Source: Anthoceros angustus
Taxonomy: Eukaryota; Plantae; Anthocerotophyta
Direction of reading: 5' to 3'
NCBI GenBank assembly: GCA_010909165.1
Contig: VJWM01000204.1
Location: 279,232 to 343,231 of the forward strand
Length of the DNA: 64,000 nt
Part shown: positions 47,683 through 59,559 of the stretch, in pieces
How positions within the stretch are numbered: position 1 is the stretch's first letter
Layout: every line of letters begins with the position of its first letter
Notes under the pieces: generated by a model
Database searches by the model: none
What the model was told of the DNA's origin: nothing
What the model saw: the letters and a program-made list of their open reading frames with translations, nothing else
Made by a program: the position numbers and the translations under genes

Positions 47683-48360
47683 ATGGCGGCTGTGTCCAAG
47701 ACAATCCAGTTTGTGGGTGCTGTGGCTGCGATCGCAGGGCTGGTGCTTGCCATTGCAGTCAGTGCCAGCGACCCCGACCCCTGCAGGACTTCTGCGTCGC
47801 CGATTTGTCCAAGGAGCGACCATCAACGGCTACCCCTGCAGGCCGGCCGACAACGTGACAGCAGAAGATTTCGCCTTCGCTAACCTGGGCAAGCAGGCCG
47901 ACCTCACGGGCAACCCATTGAACGGCACCGCCACTTTCGGCTTCGTGGGCGACTGGCCTGCTCTCAACACGCTGGGCCTGTCGCTGGCGCGCCTGGACCT
48001 GGCGCCGGGCGGTGTCATTATGCCCCACACCCACAACCTGGCCACCGAGATTCTTTTCTGCCTCGAAGGGAGATCACACCGGCTTCGTCACCAACAGCAA
48101 CAAGCTGTACGCCAAGGTGGTGAAGAGGGGCGAGGCCTTCATCTTCCCAGAGGCTTGCTCCACTTCCAGCTCAATGTGGGCAAGACGCACGCCGCCAGCC
48201 TCAATGTGCTCAACAGCCAGAACCGGGCATCCAGCTCATGCCCCTCTCGCTGTTCGGGTCAGGAATCAAAACAGAGCTGCTGGCCAAGTCCTTCTTCATC
48301 AGCGGAAAGGAGGTGGAGCAATTGCACTCCATCTTCGCCCAGTTTGTGGATTCCTCCTAA
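47683..48360 (+). CDS. GLP: Germin-like protein GLP11 (A-type); small indels
   Basis: [29 protein letters not shown]. Confidence 0.85.
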
Positions 48361-49375
48361 CTTTACCGCACATCGTTTCTGAAACTGTCCAGTAGTCCCT
48401 GCAGGCTTAGGGCCTGCCAGTACTGCTAGTCCATCGTCCTGGAGTACTCATACATTATGTCCATGTCGTCGACGATGAATTTACATAGCTATGTACTGCA
48501 AGTTTCTGGCTTCAGAAACTTGTGAAAAGACTGGGTACCACATCGATCTGGGCTGATGCATGTTTCACCTTTCAAGTAATGTTGGACGACTGGAATGCGT
48601 TTCACACATGTGACTGGAATTCGAGGACTAGAATCCGTTTCTCACCATCAGGGCAACAAAATGTGTATGGCTAACAGTCATCTGGTGGAATAACGCTATT
48701 CCAGAGGACGATCTTGAGAAGCACAGCTATGCAGATGGGTCATGGTGACCTACAACCTGGTGTTTGATTCATTCCTTTACGCTTCCAGATCTCTCAGAAA
48801 TCAATACAGAAAGACGGTACACCAAAGACATGGTTGTACACAGAAGTTGAGATAACGCAAACAGCTCTCTAGTTGAACTTACGTTTGAAGACAAAAGTGA
48901 GCTACCTAGCTAGCCATTGAGCTTGCTACATCTTTCCCGCAGCGTGCTCTTCAAAAGTGGGACGCTTTGGCTTTGGAGGAAGCTTCTCTCACAACCCATT
49001 CTCCCAAAATGCCTTATTGCGCTTCAGGGTATTGTCGTTCTATCACCTATTGGTGAGAAGACCGGAATCGGAATCGGCATTAGAGTATCAATTACCTCAG
49101 CTTCTGCGGCTAGACCCTGTATTGACGGGACACACATTGCAACAAGGCAACCGCGTGGTCCTCTATATCTGGCTTTTCTGCGCTAGACCACGTATGTCTT
49201 GCCATACACTAGCCAAGGGCACCTGTCGAGCCTAGCAATGCAATTCTTGTGTCGAAACAGCCACCTCCTGTGAGACTGGACTCTCCCATGGAATCGATCT
49301 GGTCAGTCTATTAGATGAGCAGGGGGCAGGGGCAGATGGAGAGCAGGGGGGTCTTTCCCCCCTCCTCTCCATCTT

Positions 49376-49616
49376 TTGCTGTGCATACCCAGCAATCAGG
49401 GCCGTCCATGTCAACACATCCTTTGTGACCAAGCTGTCAAAATCCTGGCGTGCATCTTCCAGTTCACCACATTTTGCATATTTGGCCACCAGGCTTGTGC
49501 CTAGCTAGCACTACGTTATCCAGCAGTCCTCTTTCCACAGTCTGTGAGTGCAGCTGAATGCCTTTCTGTAAGACTCCAGTGCTTGCACAGGGCTTCAGAA
49601 GGCAAGCAAAAGTAAC
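49376..49616 (-). pseudogene. PPR fragment (L-S motifs) fused to GLP fragment
   Basis: VTFACLLKPCASTGVLQKGIQLH..KYAKCGELEDARQDFDSLVTKDVLTWTALIAGYAQQ. Confidence 0.85.
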
Positions 49617-49961
49617 ATTGAACGGCACCGCCACTTTCGGCTTCGTGGGCGATCGCCTGCTCTTAACACGCTGGGCCTGTCGCTGGCGCGCCTGGACCTG
49701 GCGCCGGGCGGTGTCATTGTGCCCCACACCCACAACCTGGCCACCGAGATTCTTTTCTGCCTCGAAGGGGAGATCTACACCGGCTTCGTCACCAACAGCA
49801 ACAAGCTGTACGCCAAGGTGGTGAAGAGGGGCGAGGCCTTCATCTTCCCCAGAGGCTTGCTCCACTTCCAGCTCAATGTGAGCAAGACGCACGCCGCCAG
49901 CTTCAATGTGCTCAACGGCCAGAACCCTGGCATCCAGCTCATGCCACTCTCGCTGTTCGGG
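49616..49961 (+). pseudogene. GLP: Internal GLP fragment (cupin core only)
   Basis: Runs from [11 protein letters not shown] to LMPLSLFG, including [19 protein letters not shown]; lacks both termini. Confidence 0.9.
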
Positions 49962-50225
49962 CTTGTCGAAAGTGGAGCAACGTGGAGATGGGCCGCTGTG
50001 CTTTCAATGAAGCAGTGCAGCTGGACAAGAAGGATGCCGCAGCATACGTGTTGATGTCGAACATTTACACCGATTCCCACATGTGAGAGCAGGCACAGGA
50101 GATGCAGGAGAGAAGGAAAAGAATGAGGGCGTGGAAGGAACCAGGACAGAGCTGGTGGACAGACGTGGATGGACTGGTACATAGATTTTTGGCTGGTGCA
50201 TAGTTTTTTGGTTGGGGATGAGAAA
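49961..50225 (+). pseudogene. PPR E/E+ domain remnant
   Basis: ACRKWSNVEMGRCAFNEAVQLDKKDAAAYVLMSNIY..RAWKEPGQSWWTDVDGLVHRF, with an in-frame stop. Confidence 0.8.
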
Positions 50226-50258
50226 GGTCTGCGAAGCTGGAACAGGTTTGATGCTCAA

Positions 50259-50397
50259 CTTGCTGCTTAAGACAATATTCGATTACCAGTATGCTTGCTG
50301 CTTAAGATTCTATCGATTACCAGTATGCTTTCTGCTTAAGACACTCTTCGATTACAGGTATGCTTGCTGCTTAAGACACTATTCGTTATAAAGTACG
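50259..50397. repeat. Minisatellite, 4 x ~35 bp
   Basis: Consensus CTTGCTGCTTAAGACACTATTCGATTACCAGTATG, head-to-tail with no spacers. Confidence 0.9.
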
Positions 50398-50601
50398 GCA
50401 GATTTGTGGCCATGTGCACAGACAGACACCAAGGCAAGGCATGAGGGAGGAGGGAAGCTGGTAGGCAACTGGTGCAATGTATTAGGGATAAAATGAATTT
50501 TATTAAATTAAATTATCGATTTAAATGAGTATCAAAAATCGTAAAATTCCCACCCCGGTCATCCCGGTGTATCCCATTGCCTCTGGATGATAGACAGGTA
50601 A

Positions 50602-53600
50602 CTAGACCAAAAGATTCTTCTGCACGTGTTCTGAAATCGAAAGAAGGAAGTGCTCGCCAACCGACAATTCGTATGCCTGTTGGCCCTCTGTAGCTACCTT
50701 GATCTGATGAGGGAACAAAGAAGAAAGGACAGATGATTAGTCTGTGAAAAACCTGAACGCCCAATTATCGTACCCAGAGGTCGACACCAAGAAGTAGTGG
50801 TACCAGAGAATACCTTGTTTTGGTTGGCAGCCAACTCTGTTTTTAGGTTAGCCAAATCTCTGGAAAGGAGGTAAACTTCTACATTTTCTGCATGCTGTGC
50901 TTGCCCTGAGCATAATTGAATGACCGCATCCTTGGCAAAAGAGAGGGTGGCTCTAGACAGGGTGACCTCCAAGGTGCCTCCACCAACTCCTTTGAATACC
51001 TCGCTGTCAATAACCACCTACAGCCAACCATAATCACAGGTTAAGAGAGACAATGTAACGAGCGACAAGAGCATACCCTGCAAGAGTGAGATACATAGAA
51101 CAAGGTCGGTTCCAGCTGGAGCCGTACCGCATGGCCAGGAAGTAACGTCAAAGGAAGCAGTGGAGATCCCAAGGAGTCCTTGATGTAGGCAGCCTGACAC
51201 AAGAAGGAAGAGACCAGCATAGTGAGATTCGGTGTCTGATTATGTGAAACTGAGTCTGCTCACACAGCTGCGTCTGTTCATTATGCATCGCCCTACCTGA
51301 GTTTCGATAACGTGGCTAAGACAACTCTTGTCACTTGTAGGAGGATCATCTTCCAGTACTTTGTACCACACCTCAATACTATCTGTGGGCTCTAGCCCAG
51401 CTTTCTTTCTGAGCTTCTGAACCCTGTTGACAATCTGGTCCAGAACAAGCAGACAGTAAGTGAACTGCAATAAGCCAAACATGCGGCTGCTGAAACCCAA
51501 CCCAGGCTGAAAGGGTGAGCAGCTTACTTCTCTTGCAAATCCAGCTTCAATCAGACTTTCATCAGGTTGTAGGTCCAACACAACCAAAACATCACCTGCA
51601 CACGTAATGAGTGAGGAAAGCAAGGGCGAATACACATGCTTAATCCTAGCAACCCTTGGGTCATGCTTTGTGTAGAGAAGTGCTGACACACATACCATCT
51701 CCAGCAGCATCAACGTCCTCTTTCCTAACCCCATCAGGAGGACGGAAGTCTCTGATAACCTGGAGCACAGGCAACAGATTACATTCACGCATTCCACAAA
51801 CAACATAGAACAGGATCTAACACGACATGTTGCATTCTGAACCTTGATATCTCCTCCAGTGAGCTTGTGCCCAGCAAACGTAGCCTCCCCGGACTTCTCA
51901 AAGGAGAGGATGTCAGACTGAGTCATGCTTTTCACCTCCTTTGCCACTAACCCCATGGCTTTACCCAGTCTTTTACCAAGCACACTGCTCCCAAAAGGTT
52001 TTCAAAGGTTAGAATTTTGTTGACTTGCATGCCAATCTCAAAAAACATAAAAACCAGGAGCTGAGCATTTACCTGAAATCTGGTTCTGCTCGAAGATTAG
52101 CATATGTAAGTGGATCATTGCAAGATTTGATGGTTCTGACATTCAGCTCTTCGGATACATACTGCAAGTCAAATTTTGCCAACAATGCAATATTGGCTTG
52201 GTCATTATGACGCAGAAGCATCATGATGCTTACAAGCAGCACAAGGTGCCTCAAGTGGCCCTACCTCGCCAAGTTTTCCAGTGATGTCTTCAAGAAAGTC
52301 GGTGTCGGGATGCACAATAACCATTTCTCTGGGAGACACAAAGAACTAAAGTAAGATCCTTCTTCCAGTGCCCACACAAAACACACAAGTATCATTTCAC
52401 AGCATCAAGCCCAACCTCAGAGGCGTCTTCAAGGGCTTGTTATGCCGCTCTCTGATGATCCTGGCCAGCTCAATGACCCTCATCATTCTTCCACACTCTC
52501 TTCAATTCTGTGATCACTCTGGCAAGAGCAGATAGACAACATCCATTAGTCAACAAATGACATACCAACGTCCTTCTCTGTAAAACCGGCTTCCACACGA
52601 AACAGTACCTTTCCTTGCACTTCTGGAAAACTGCAGAAGTGCACACTCTTCGGCTGAAGGCCCTAGAGGTCTGCGAAGATTCTGATACAGCACCTCGGAG
52701 AAGAAAGGCGTGAAAGGCGACATTGCTTTGGAAGTAGTCAGAAGCACCTGACACACATGATGTGAAGGTATGAGCAGAGACTACATGCAAATTACAGCCT
52801 CTAGCAAATACTACCAGTAAATGGAAGGGAGTGCATACATGATACAGGGTAGACAGAGCAACTCTGCTATCTGCTTCCCCAGTGCGGCCCTTTAGTCTCT
52901 TGCGATTGAAGCGTACATACACATTTGTCAAGCTCTCAATGAACTTCAAAAGCTGTGGGACAACCTGCATTGAGGAACACCTGCTATAAATACCTTTGCA
53001 TGATTGGTACACTGATGAGTCATCCTTCAATTCGCAATGTAGAACGGTGGAAATAGGAAAGCTTACTGTATACAGTCTGAAGGCTTCCATCTCCTCTCGC
53101 ACAAACCCAACAAGACTCTGACAGGCAGAATTGATCCATCTGTCCAAAACATTGGTGGACTTCTGCAGAGTGGGCAGATCTAGTGGCTGGAAGGTGCCAA
53201 GACCTTCGACTTCGAGGCGCAGTGCATTTTGAACTAAAAATCTGTATGCATTGTACCAGGGGAGGAAGACATCCTTGACCTGCAGGCACAGTTCAATAGA
53301 TTTCTACCTCACACTCGTGTCACGATCTTAGAAAATGAGAGCATAAGTCCAAACACGCCAGATTCAGACTAACCACAGCAAAAACCCCATCCTTTTTGAA
53401 TCTTAGCGGTTCTGCTCGCACAACTGGTGAGTTGATGAGATACAATCTCAGAGCATCCTGCAAAACCAGAATTGTCACGACTGTGTGCATATGCATCAAG
53501 CAACAGATTCTGCTCATACTAACATGCAAGAAGTGCCAAAGAAAAGCGTGGCAACATACGGCTGAAGAGCATGCAAACAAGAAAAATCCATGAAAAGAAT

Positions 53601-56600
53601 ATTACAGCTCCAAATTCATTGACAACGTCCATTGTTGGTGGATAGTTCTTCAAGCGCTTGCTCATTTTCTTCCCATCTTCTGCTAGGACCAGACCATTAC
53701 AGATGAGGTTCTGAAATGCTGGTTTGTCAAACAGCGCTGTTGACAACACCATGAGAGTGTAGAACCTGTAAAATGAACACAAATCTGTGACTCTCAACTG
53801 AACAAGCGATTGAGACTCTAGACTCAACAGCCATACCAGTCCCAGTGACATCGTGAGAATTTGCAAGGCATCAATAAAAACAAAGTACAACACTGAGGTA
53901 GACACATACCATCCACGAGTTTGATCCAGGCCCTCAGCGACAAAATGTCCAGGGAAGTTGCGTTCAAAGAGTTCTTGATTCTCAAAGGGATAGTGGATAT
54001 AAGCATATGGCATTGAGCCACTTTCGAACCAGCAATCAAAAACCTGAGGACGAGCACAACAATTCCTGGAATTTAAACTGAGAATCGGGTGACAAAAAAC
54101 ACCTAGTGCAAGCACATCCAGCAAGCATAACGCAAGGTTTTTAGATGGATGCTAGCAAAACAAACACCTCAAAGTCTTGACACTCACATCTTGAACACGT
54201 TTCAGGACTCCAAACTCAGGGCCCTTCTTGATGGAATGGTAACATGATCAATTTTATGGCAGTGAAGATCTGTCGCCTGAAACATCAAAGTATGGATGAT
54301 TGCTCTGAGGCATAAAGCGTGCATTAGCCTTTTCAACAGCTCAAGAGCAAAACGTATGGATAAAACCTTAAAGCCCGACAACTCCTCCAGTTCCTGGACA
54401 GAGCCGACAACCACCATCTCCTGACCGTCGTCACTCAGCCAGATCGGCAATGGGGTTCCCCAAAAGCGGCTGCGACTAACAGACCAGTCTCGTGCATTTT
54501 CCAACCAATTGTGGAACCTCTTTTCCTGCACTTGACAGTTGGATTCTTGAAGTTCCGAGAATGAAGCGACAACACGCTGGGCAGACATAACGTAAGCCAA
54601 ACTTAGAGATGGTTACCTTCACATAATCAGGCACCCAATATGTCTTCTTGTTATTTTCTATCAACCGGTCCTTAATGCTCTCAACCGCTACAAACCTTCA
54701 GAATCAGCAGTACAACATGCCGACACAATCAAGATCTGCTATTGAAATGCCAGATGATGGCAAAGAAGAACCTCCTTACCAACTAGGAACCGCTCTGTAT
54801 ATCAAAGGAGTTTCAGACCGCCAGCAAAATGGATAAGAATGCACCTCACTGCCTGCGTGCACGAGCCTGCCAAGGGCCTGGCCATCAAATTAGCACGTCA
54901 GGTCGCACTCAAAGACAACAGAAGCACAATTGACATAAGTAGCAAGTCACAGCTAGAAAAATAAGGCTTCAGGTAGCATGACAGGTTCAGAATACTTTTC
55001 ACCTTAACCGCAGTAATGATATCTTTATCTGCCTCTTTCACATAACGACCCTTGAAAGCCGTGATGTTGTCGGTGAAGCAGCCATTTGAATCAACTGGGT
55101 TTGGAAACTCCTCTCCCTGAAAGCAGGAAGATGGTGGAATGTGGGCAACACCATCATGCACATGGCAAAAGACTAGAAGACCCAGAATGATATCCAAGTC
55201 ATTCACCACCGGTCAATTGGCAGTGATAAACCTTTTGAATCACACCAGCAAGTAGACACACACGGTAGTCATCCTCCCCAAATGCTGGTGCACAGTGAAC
55301 TACACCAGTTCCAGCACCATCGGTTACATAATCATCAGCCACAACCTTAAAGGCTACGTCTGACAAGTGCGAGAAGTACTCAAACATTGGTTTGTACCTA
55401 CACCAAACCAGCACAATTTAGCACCATGGCTCCAATGCATATCCATCAGAACCTGAATATGTTTGACAAATCGCCAGTCATTCAGAGCTTACTTCTTGCC
55501 GACCAGATCTTTCCCTTGGTACGCACTAATGACCTCATATGTACTGGAATCCGGCTTCGCTGGTTCTTGAAGCTGGCCTTTTTTATTACCATCTGCTGTT
55601 TTAGCAGACTTCTCCACGTTCCCATCAGCAGTTGCCACTTTTGCCTTCTTGCTTGGCAGCTGGGAAAGGCGAGACTCTGCAACAATAAGGACCTCTCCAG
55701 TCACCTTACTCTTCACCTGAGACACACAGCCCACAGAGCGTAACCATCAATATCACCACAGATCTTTATCAGTGTCTGGGAGCCAACTGAACAGACAGCC
55801 GTAAAATTGCAGAGACCTTGACGTATGTGAAGTTTGCATTGATGCAGAGGGCCAAGTTGCTCAACAGAGTCCAAGGAGTGGTGGTCCAAGCGACTAAAGA
55901 TGCATTATCCTGATCTTCGACCAACGGAAACGCAATCATGATGGCAGGATCTGAGACATCCTGAAAGTTGTAGCATATAGCACACCGGTTAGAGTGGTAC
56001 AAGACCAGAGAAATGTGGATCCATATTCCATTGGAATCGCCAACAAGAGGGGCAGCATCTCAGCTCGAACCCCCAGCATCCGGTGCAGTGGCAAACCTTG
56101 TAATTGAGACCAGCTTCGAAATTGGATAAGGGGGTGTTGCACCCTGTGCTGTACGGCATAACCTGCAGAAAAAGAATTGAGACAGTGAATAATCAAGTGC
56201 CCATTCCTCTCTGACACCAGGATTTGCCTTCCATCACGGATAAGCCAGTTCAAAATAGACAGAAACCAGAAAAGAATACCTTAAACCCCCGGTAGACAAG
56301 TCCCTTCTCATACAGCTGCTTGAAAACCCACCAGACACTTTCCATGAATGGGAGGTCCAGTGTCTTGTAGTCATTCTTGAAGTCGATCCATCTCCCAACT
56401 CTGGTGATGATTTTCTCCCATTCCGAGCTATACCTCATCACAATACTCCTGCACTCATCATTGTATTTGTCGATACCCATAGCAAGAACCTGTTCAAAAG
56501 CAAGGGCAATGTCAGCAATGCAAGTCTCCTGCCACTCGAGCGAGATCCATCTGCAATTGAATCCCGCACCTGCTCCTTAGATTTAATTCCCAGCTTCTGA

Positions 56601-56893
56601 TCAATCTCGTACTCGACAGGCAGGCCATGGCAATCCCACCCAAACCGTCTCGTGACATGAAACCCTCGGGCTGACTTGTACCTCGTCACGATGTCTTTAA
56701 TGGTCCCGGCTAGAATATGGCCGTAATGAGGCAGTCCTGTTGCAAAGGGGGGACCATCATAGAAAATATACTCCGGCTTGCCTTCACTAAGCTTGATCTG
56801 GGTGTGGAACGCGTCTAAGGACTCCCACAGTGCGAGAATTTTCTCCTCCTCTTGAGGGAAGCTGTAATTCTTCCCCTCGGGGACTTCCTCCAT
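50602..56893 (-). CDS. IleRS: Cytosolic isoleucyl-tRNA synthetase (class Ia), multi-exon with short GT-AG introns
   Basis: [24 protein letters not shown] (HIGH), [15 protein letters not shown]1 WTTTPWTL and [45 protein letters not shown]. Last exon [33 protein letters not shown]. One apparent 1-nt slip near 54220. Confidence 0.95.
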
Positions 56894-57059
56894 TGCACGT
56901 TTCAATAGCTAGAATGCACGAAATGGACAGACTGCGCTGTCACCACACATGGACAGCCGCTTTCGATCCTCCTGCAGGGGATCGCTGATCAGCTGAACGA
57001 AAATAGCTGGTCACACAAGCCAAGCCAGGTCTCAAGTTTTATGCCGTGTGTTCAGTTGA

Positions 57060-57148
57060 GCTCGTGTGTATAGAGTTTGTAGCATAACTTGAGTCATAAG
57101 TTATGAAACTTATGACTAAGTTATGCTATAAATGCTATACCCACGAGC
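57060..57148. other. Near-perfect 89-nt fold-back (~42-bp stem, ATGA loop) upstream of IleRS
   Basis: GCTCGTG.GTATAG.GTTTGTAGCATAACTTGAGTCATAAGTT / ATGA / AACTTATGACTAAGTTATGCTATAAAT.CTATAC.CACGAGC. Confidence 0.85.
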
Positions 57149-57799
57149 CTCTTGAGGGAAGAACATCGATCAACTCTTCAAACTGTACAAGGTCAGGTGC
57201 TCTAAGGGGGAGCCCCAGGTGGCCTGGGTGTGCAAGGAGCATAGGGATTGGGCGTTCTTCGACGCTCCATGTCCGCTTTCTCCTGAGAATCCTGAGCCTG
57301 CCTGCTGAGCTATCTATACATCAAGGCTGTGACCTAAGCCGAAGCTAACTGTCAAGACAGGGTGACTCCGCGTGCTCCTCACATCTGCTGCCTATGAGTG
57401 TCTGTGTTCCAAGTCCTGGGCCTGATGCTGTCGCTGCCTTTTCTTGCCAGAAGAAAGGAAGGACGAGGAAGGAGAATGGTATACCTGGATGCCAAGTATT
57501 ACATACTCGGGATCAGACATGACAGATTATGTAGTAATACCAATGACACATGTCGTCTTTGGTAAGAGGCCCTGCGCAAGGAGTGGTTGAAAGCCCATTG
57601 GACGTTAGTGTGCCGTCTTCGTGCATGTGTTAACCAAAAACCGTTCGTGAATGTCACTGCGATGACATTTGTTTTTAGCTGTTGTAGGCAGAATCAAATG
57701 GAAGCTGACATGTGTTCTACTCCAGATGCTAATGAAATGGTTGTGTGTCCTTGTAGGTATTAGCAACGGAGTTGAAGAACAACGCCAACAAGCTTGCCA

Positions 57800-58710
57800 G
57801 TGGAGCAATTGCACTCCATCTTAGCGCAATTTGTGGATTCCTCCTAACTTTACCGCACATCGTTTCTAAAACTGTCCAGTAGTCCCTGCAGGCTTAGGGC
57901 CTGCCAGTACTGCTAGTCCATCGTCCTGGAGTACTCATACATTATGTCAATGTCGTCGACGACGAATTTACATAGCTATGTACTGGCAGTTTCTGGCTTC
58001 AGACACTTGTGAATAGACTGGGAACCACATCGATCTGGGCTGATGCTTTTTTCACCTTTCAAGTAAAATGTTCGACGACTGGAATGCGTTCCACACATGT
58101 GACTGGAATCCGAGGACCGGAATCCGTTCCACACATGTAGCTTCTCACCATCAAGGCAACAAAATGTTTGTGGCTAACAGTCATCTGGTGAAGTAACGCT
58201 ATTCCAGAGGACGAGCTGGAGAAGCAGAGCTATGGAGATGGGTCATGGTGACCTACAACCTGGTGTTTGATTCATTCCTTTACGATTCCAGATCTCTCAG
58301 AAATCAATACAGAAAGACGGTTCACCAAAGACATGGTTGTACGCAGAAGTTGAGATAACACTAACAGCTCTCTAGTTGAACTTACGTTTGAAGACAAAAG
58401 TGAGCTACCTAGCTACCATTGAGATTGCTACATCTTTCCCGCAGCTTACTCTGCAAAAGACGCTTTGGCTTTGGAGGAAGCTTCTCTCACAACCCATTCT
58501 CCCAAAATGCCTTATTGTGCTTCAGGTTATTGGTGTTCTATCACCTATTGGTGAGAATACCGGAATCGGAATCGGCATTAGAGTATCAATTACCTCAGCT
58601 TCTGCGGCTAGACCCTGTATTGACGGGACACACATTGCAACAAGGCAACCGCGTGGTCCTCTATGTCTGGCTTTTCTGCGCTAGACCACGTATATCTTGC
58701 CATACACTTG
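57800..58710 (+). pseudogene. GLP: GLP 3'-terminal remnant (VEQLHSILAQFVDSS*) plus ~860 bp of GLP 3' flank
   Basis: Diverged direct copy of ~48313-49210; TAA at 57845-57847. Confidence 0.88.
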
Positions 58711-59559
58711 TTCATCGAGGGTTTCAAGATCCTCGCCTTCAGATGTAACATCTTCTGCAACGCCATCATCCGTAGCGTCACTCCCTTCCATATGTTCCGG
58801 AGCTTCCTCCTGCACAGAGCGCAAAACGTACATGTTTTTCTGTATTATGGTTCTGGTCCTTGCATTTAGTTGCTTCTGTTTTGTTAGAGAAAACCCGCAT
58901 GCCAAGATGAATGTGTCCGAAAGAAGCAATTTGTCGACGTGTTTCCGCAACCTCATGCTCCGACGTTGAGAGCGACCCCCACGACTGCCGCGCGTTGGTC
59001 GCTAGTCAGGTAAAATCATCTCCTCTAGGTACCTGCCTTCAAATGCGTCAGTGCATTTAGTAACCCACCAATGGACTTTAATGAATGGGGCATCACATTG
59101 GAAGTCCACCAGACTTTGCAGCCGTAACGGTCGATTGTCGATCCGCCCCACAAGGCACCGCAATCATGTGACCTGTTTGTATCTCCAACACATCGCCATT
59201 CAAGCTTTCTTGTTCCCGCGCATCATCCTGCGCTCCAACATACATGTCCCGCCGTGGCACTTGATTTAACGATTGATGTCAAAATCTCACTGGTACAACC
59301 AAAGGCGATGCAACTCTTCATTATGTGTTCTATCGCACTACTGTCAAGCGGTCTTTAATTCCTCAAAGATGCTCACATGCTATCTTGTCCACGATGGTGA
59401 TTGCTCACCTAATTCCTCCCACCAAATATCCTCACCCGCTACTAAATGGGTCCCGAAGTTTTCCTCTAGTTTCTAATGACATCGTAAGACTTTTCGGATC
59501 TCCTCCTCGCAACCGCTTTTTACTTGGACCTCCAAATGAACCAAACGAGCAATTTTGAA

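Noticed and set aside
49719-50054. Functional GLP-PPR-E fusion protein
   Set aside because: The E-domain sequence is out of frame with the GLP core, there is no signal peptide, and the E remnant has a stop.
50259-50397. CRISPR-like 35-bp repeats (also the 42-bp repeats at 27077-27190)
   Set aside because: Units are head-to-tail with no unique spacers, there are no cas genes, and the context is eukaryotic.
9080-56893. Biosynthetic gene cluster (cupins + P450) with IleRS as self-resistance gene
   Set aside because: The P450 is only an N-terminal half, there is no scaffold-forming enzyme, and nothing here shows IleRS is a duplicate. Retained only as a check under the IleRS finding.
58972-59008. 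Helitron 3' end (AGCGACC..GGTCGCT hairpin followed by CTAG)
   Set aside because: The stem is only 7 bp and overlaps the CTAG rather than lying ~10 nt upstream. No matching 5' TC end or Rep/helicase was found.
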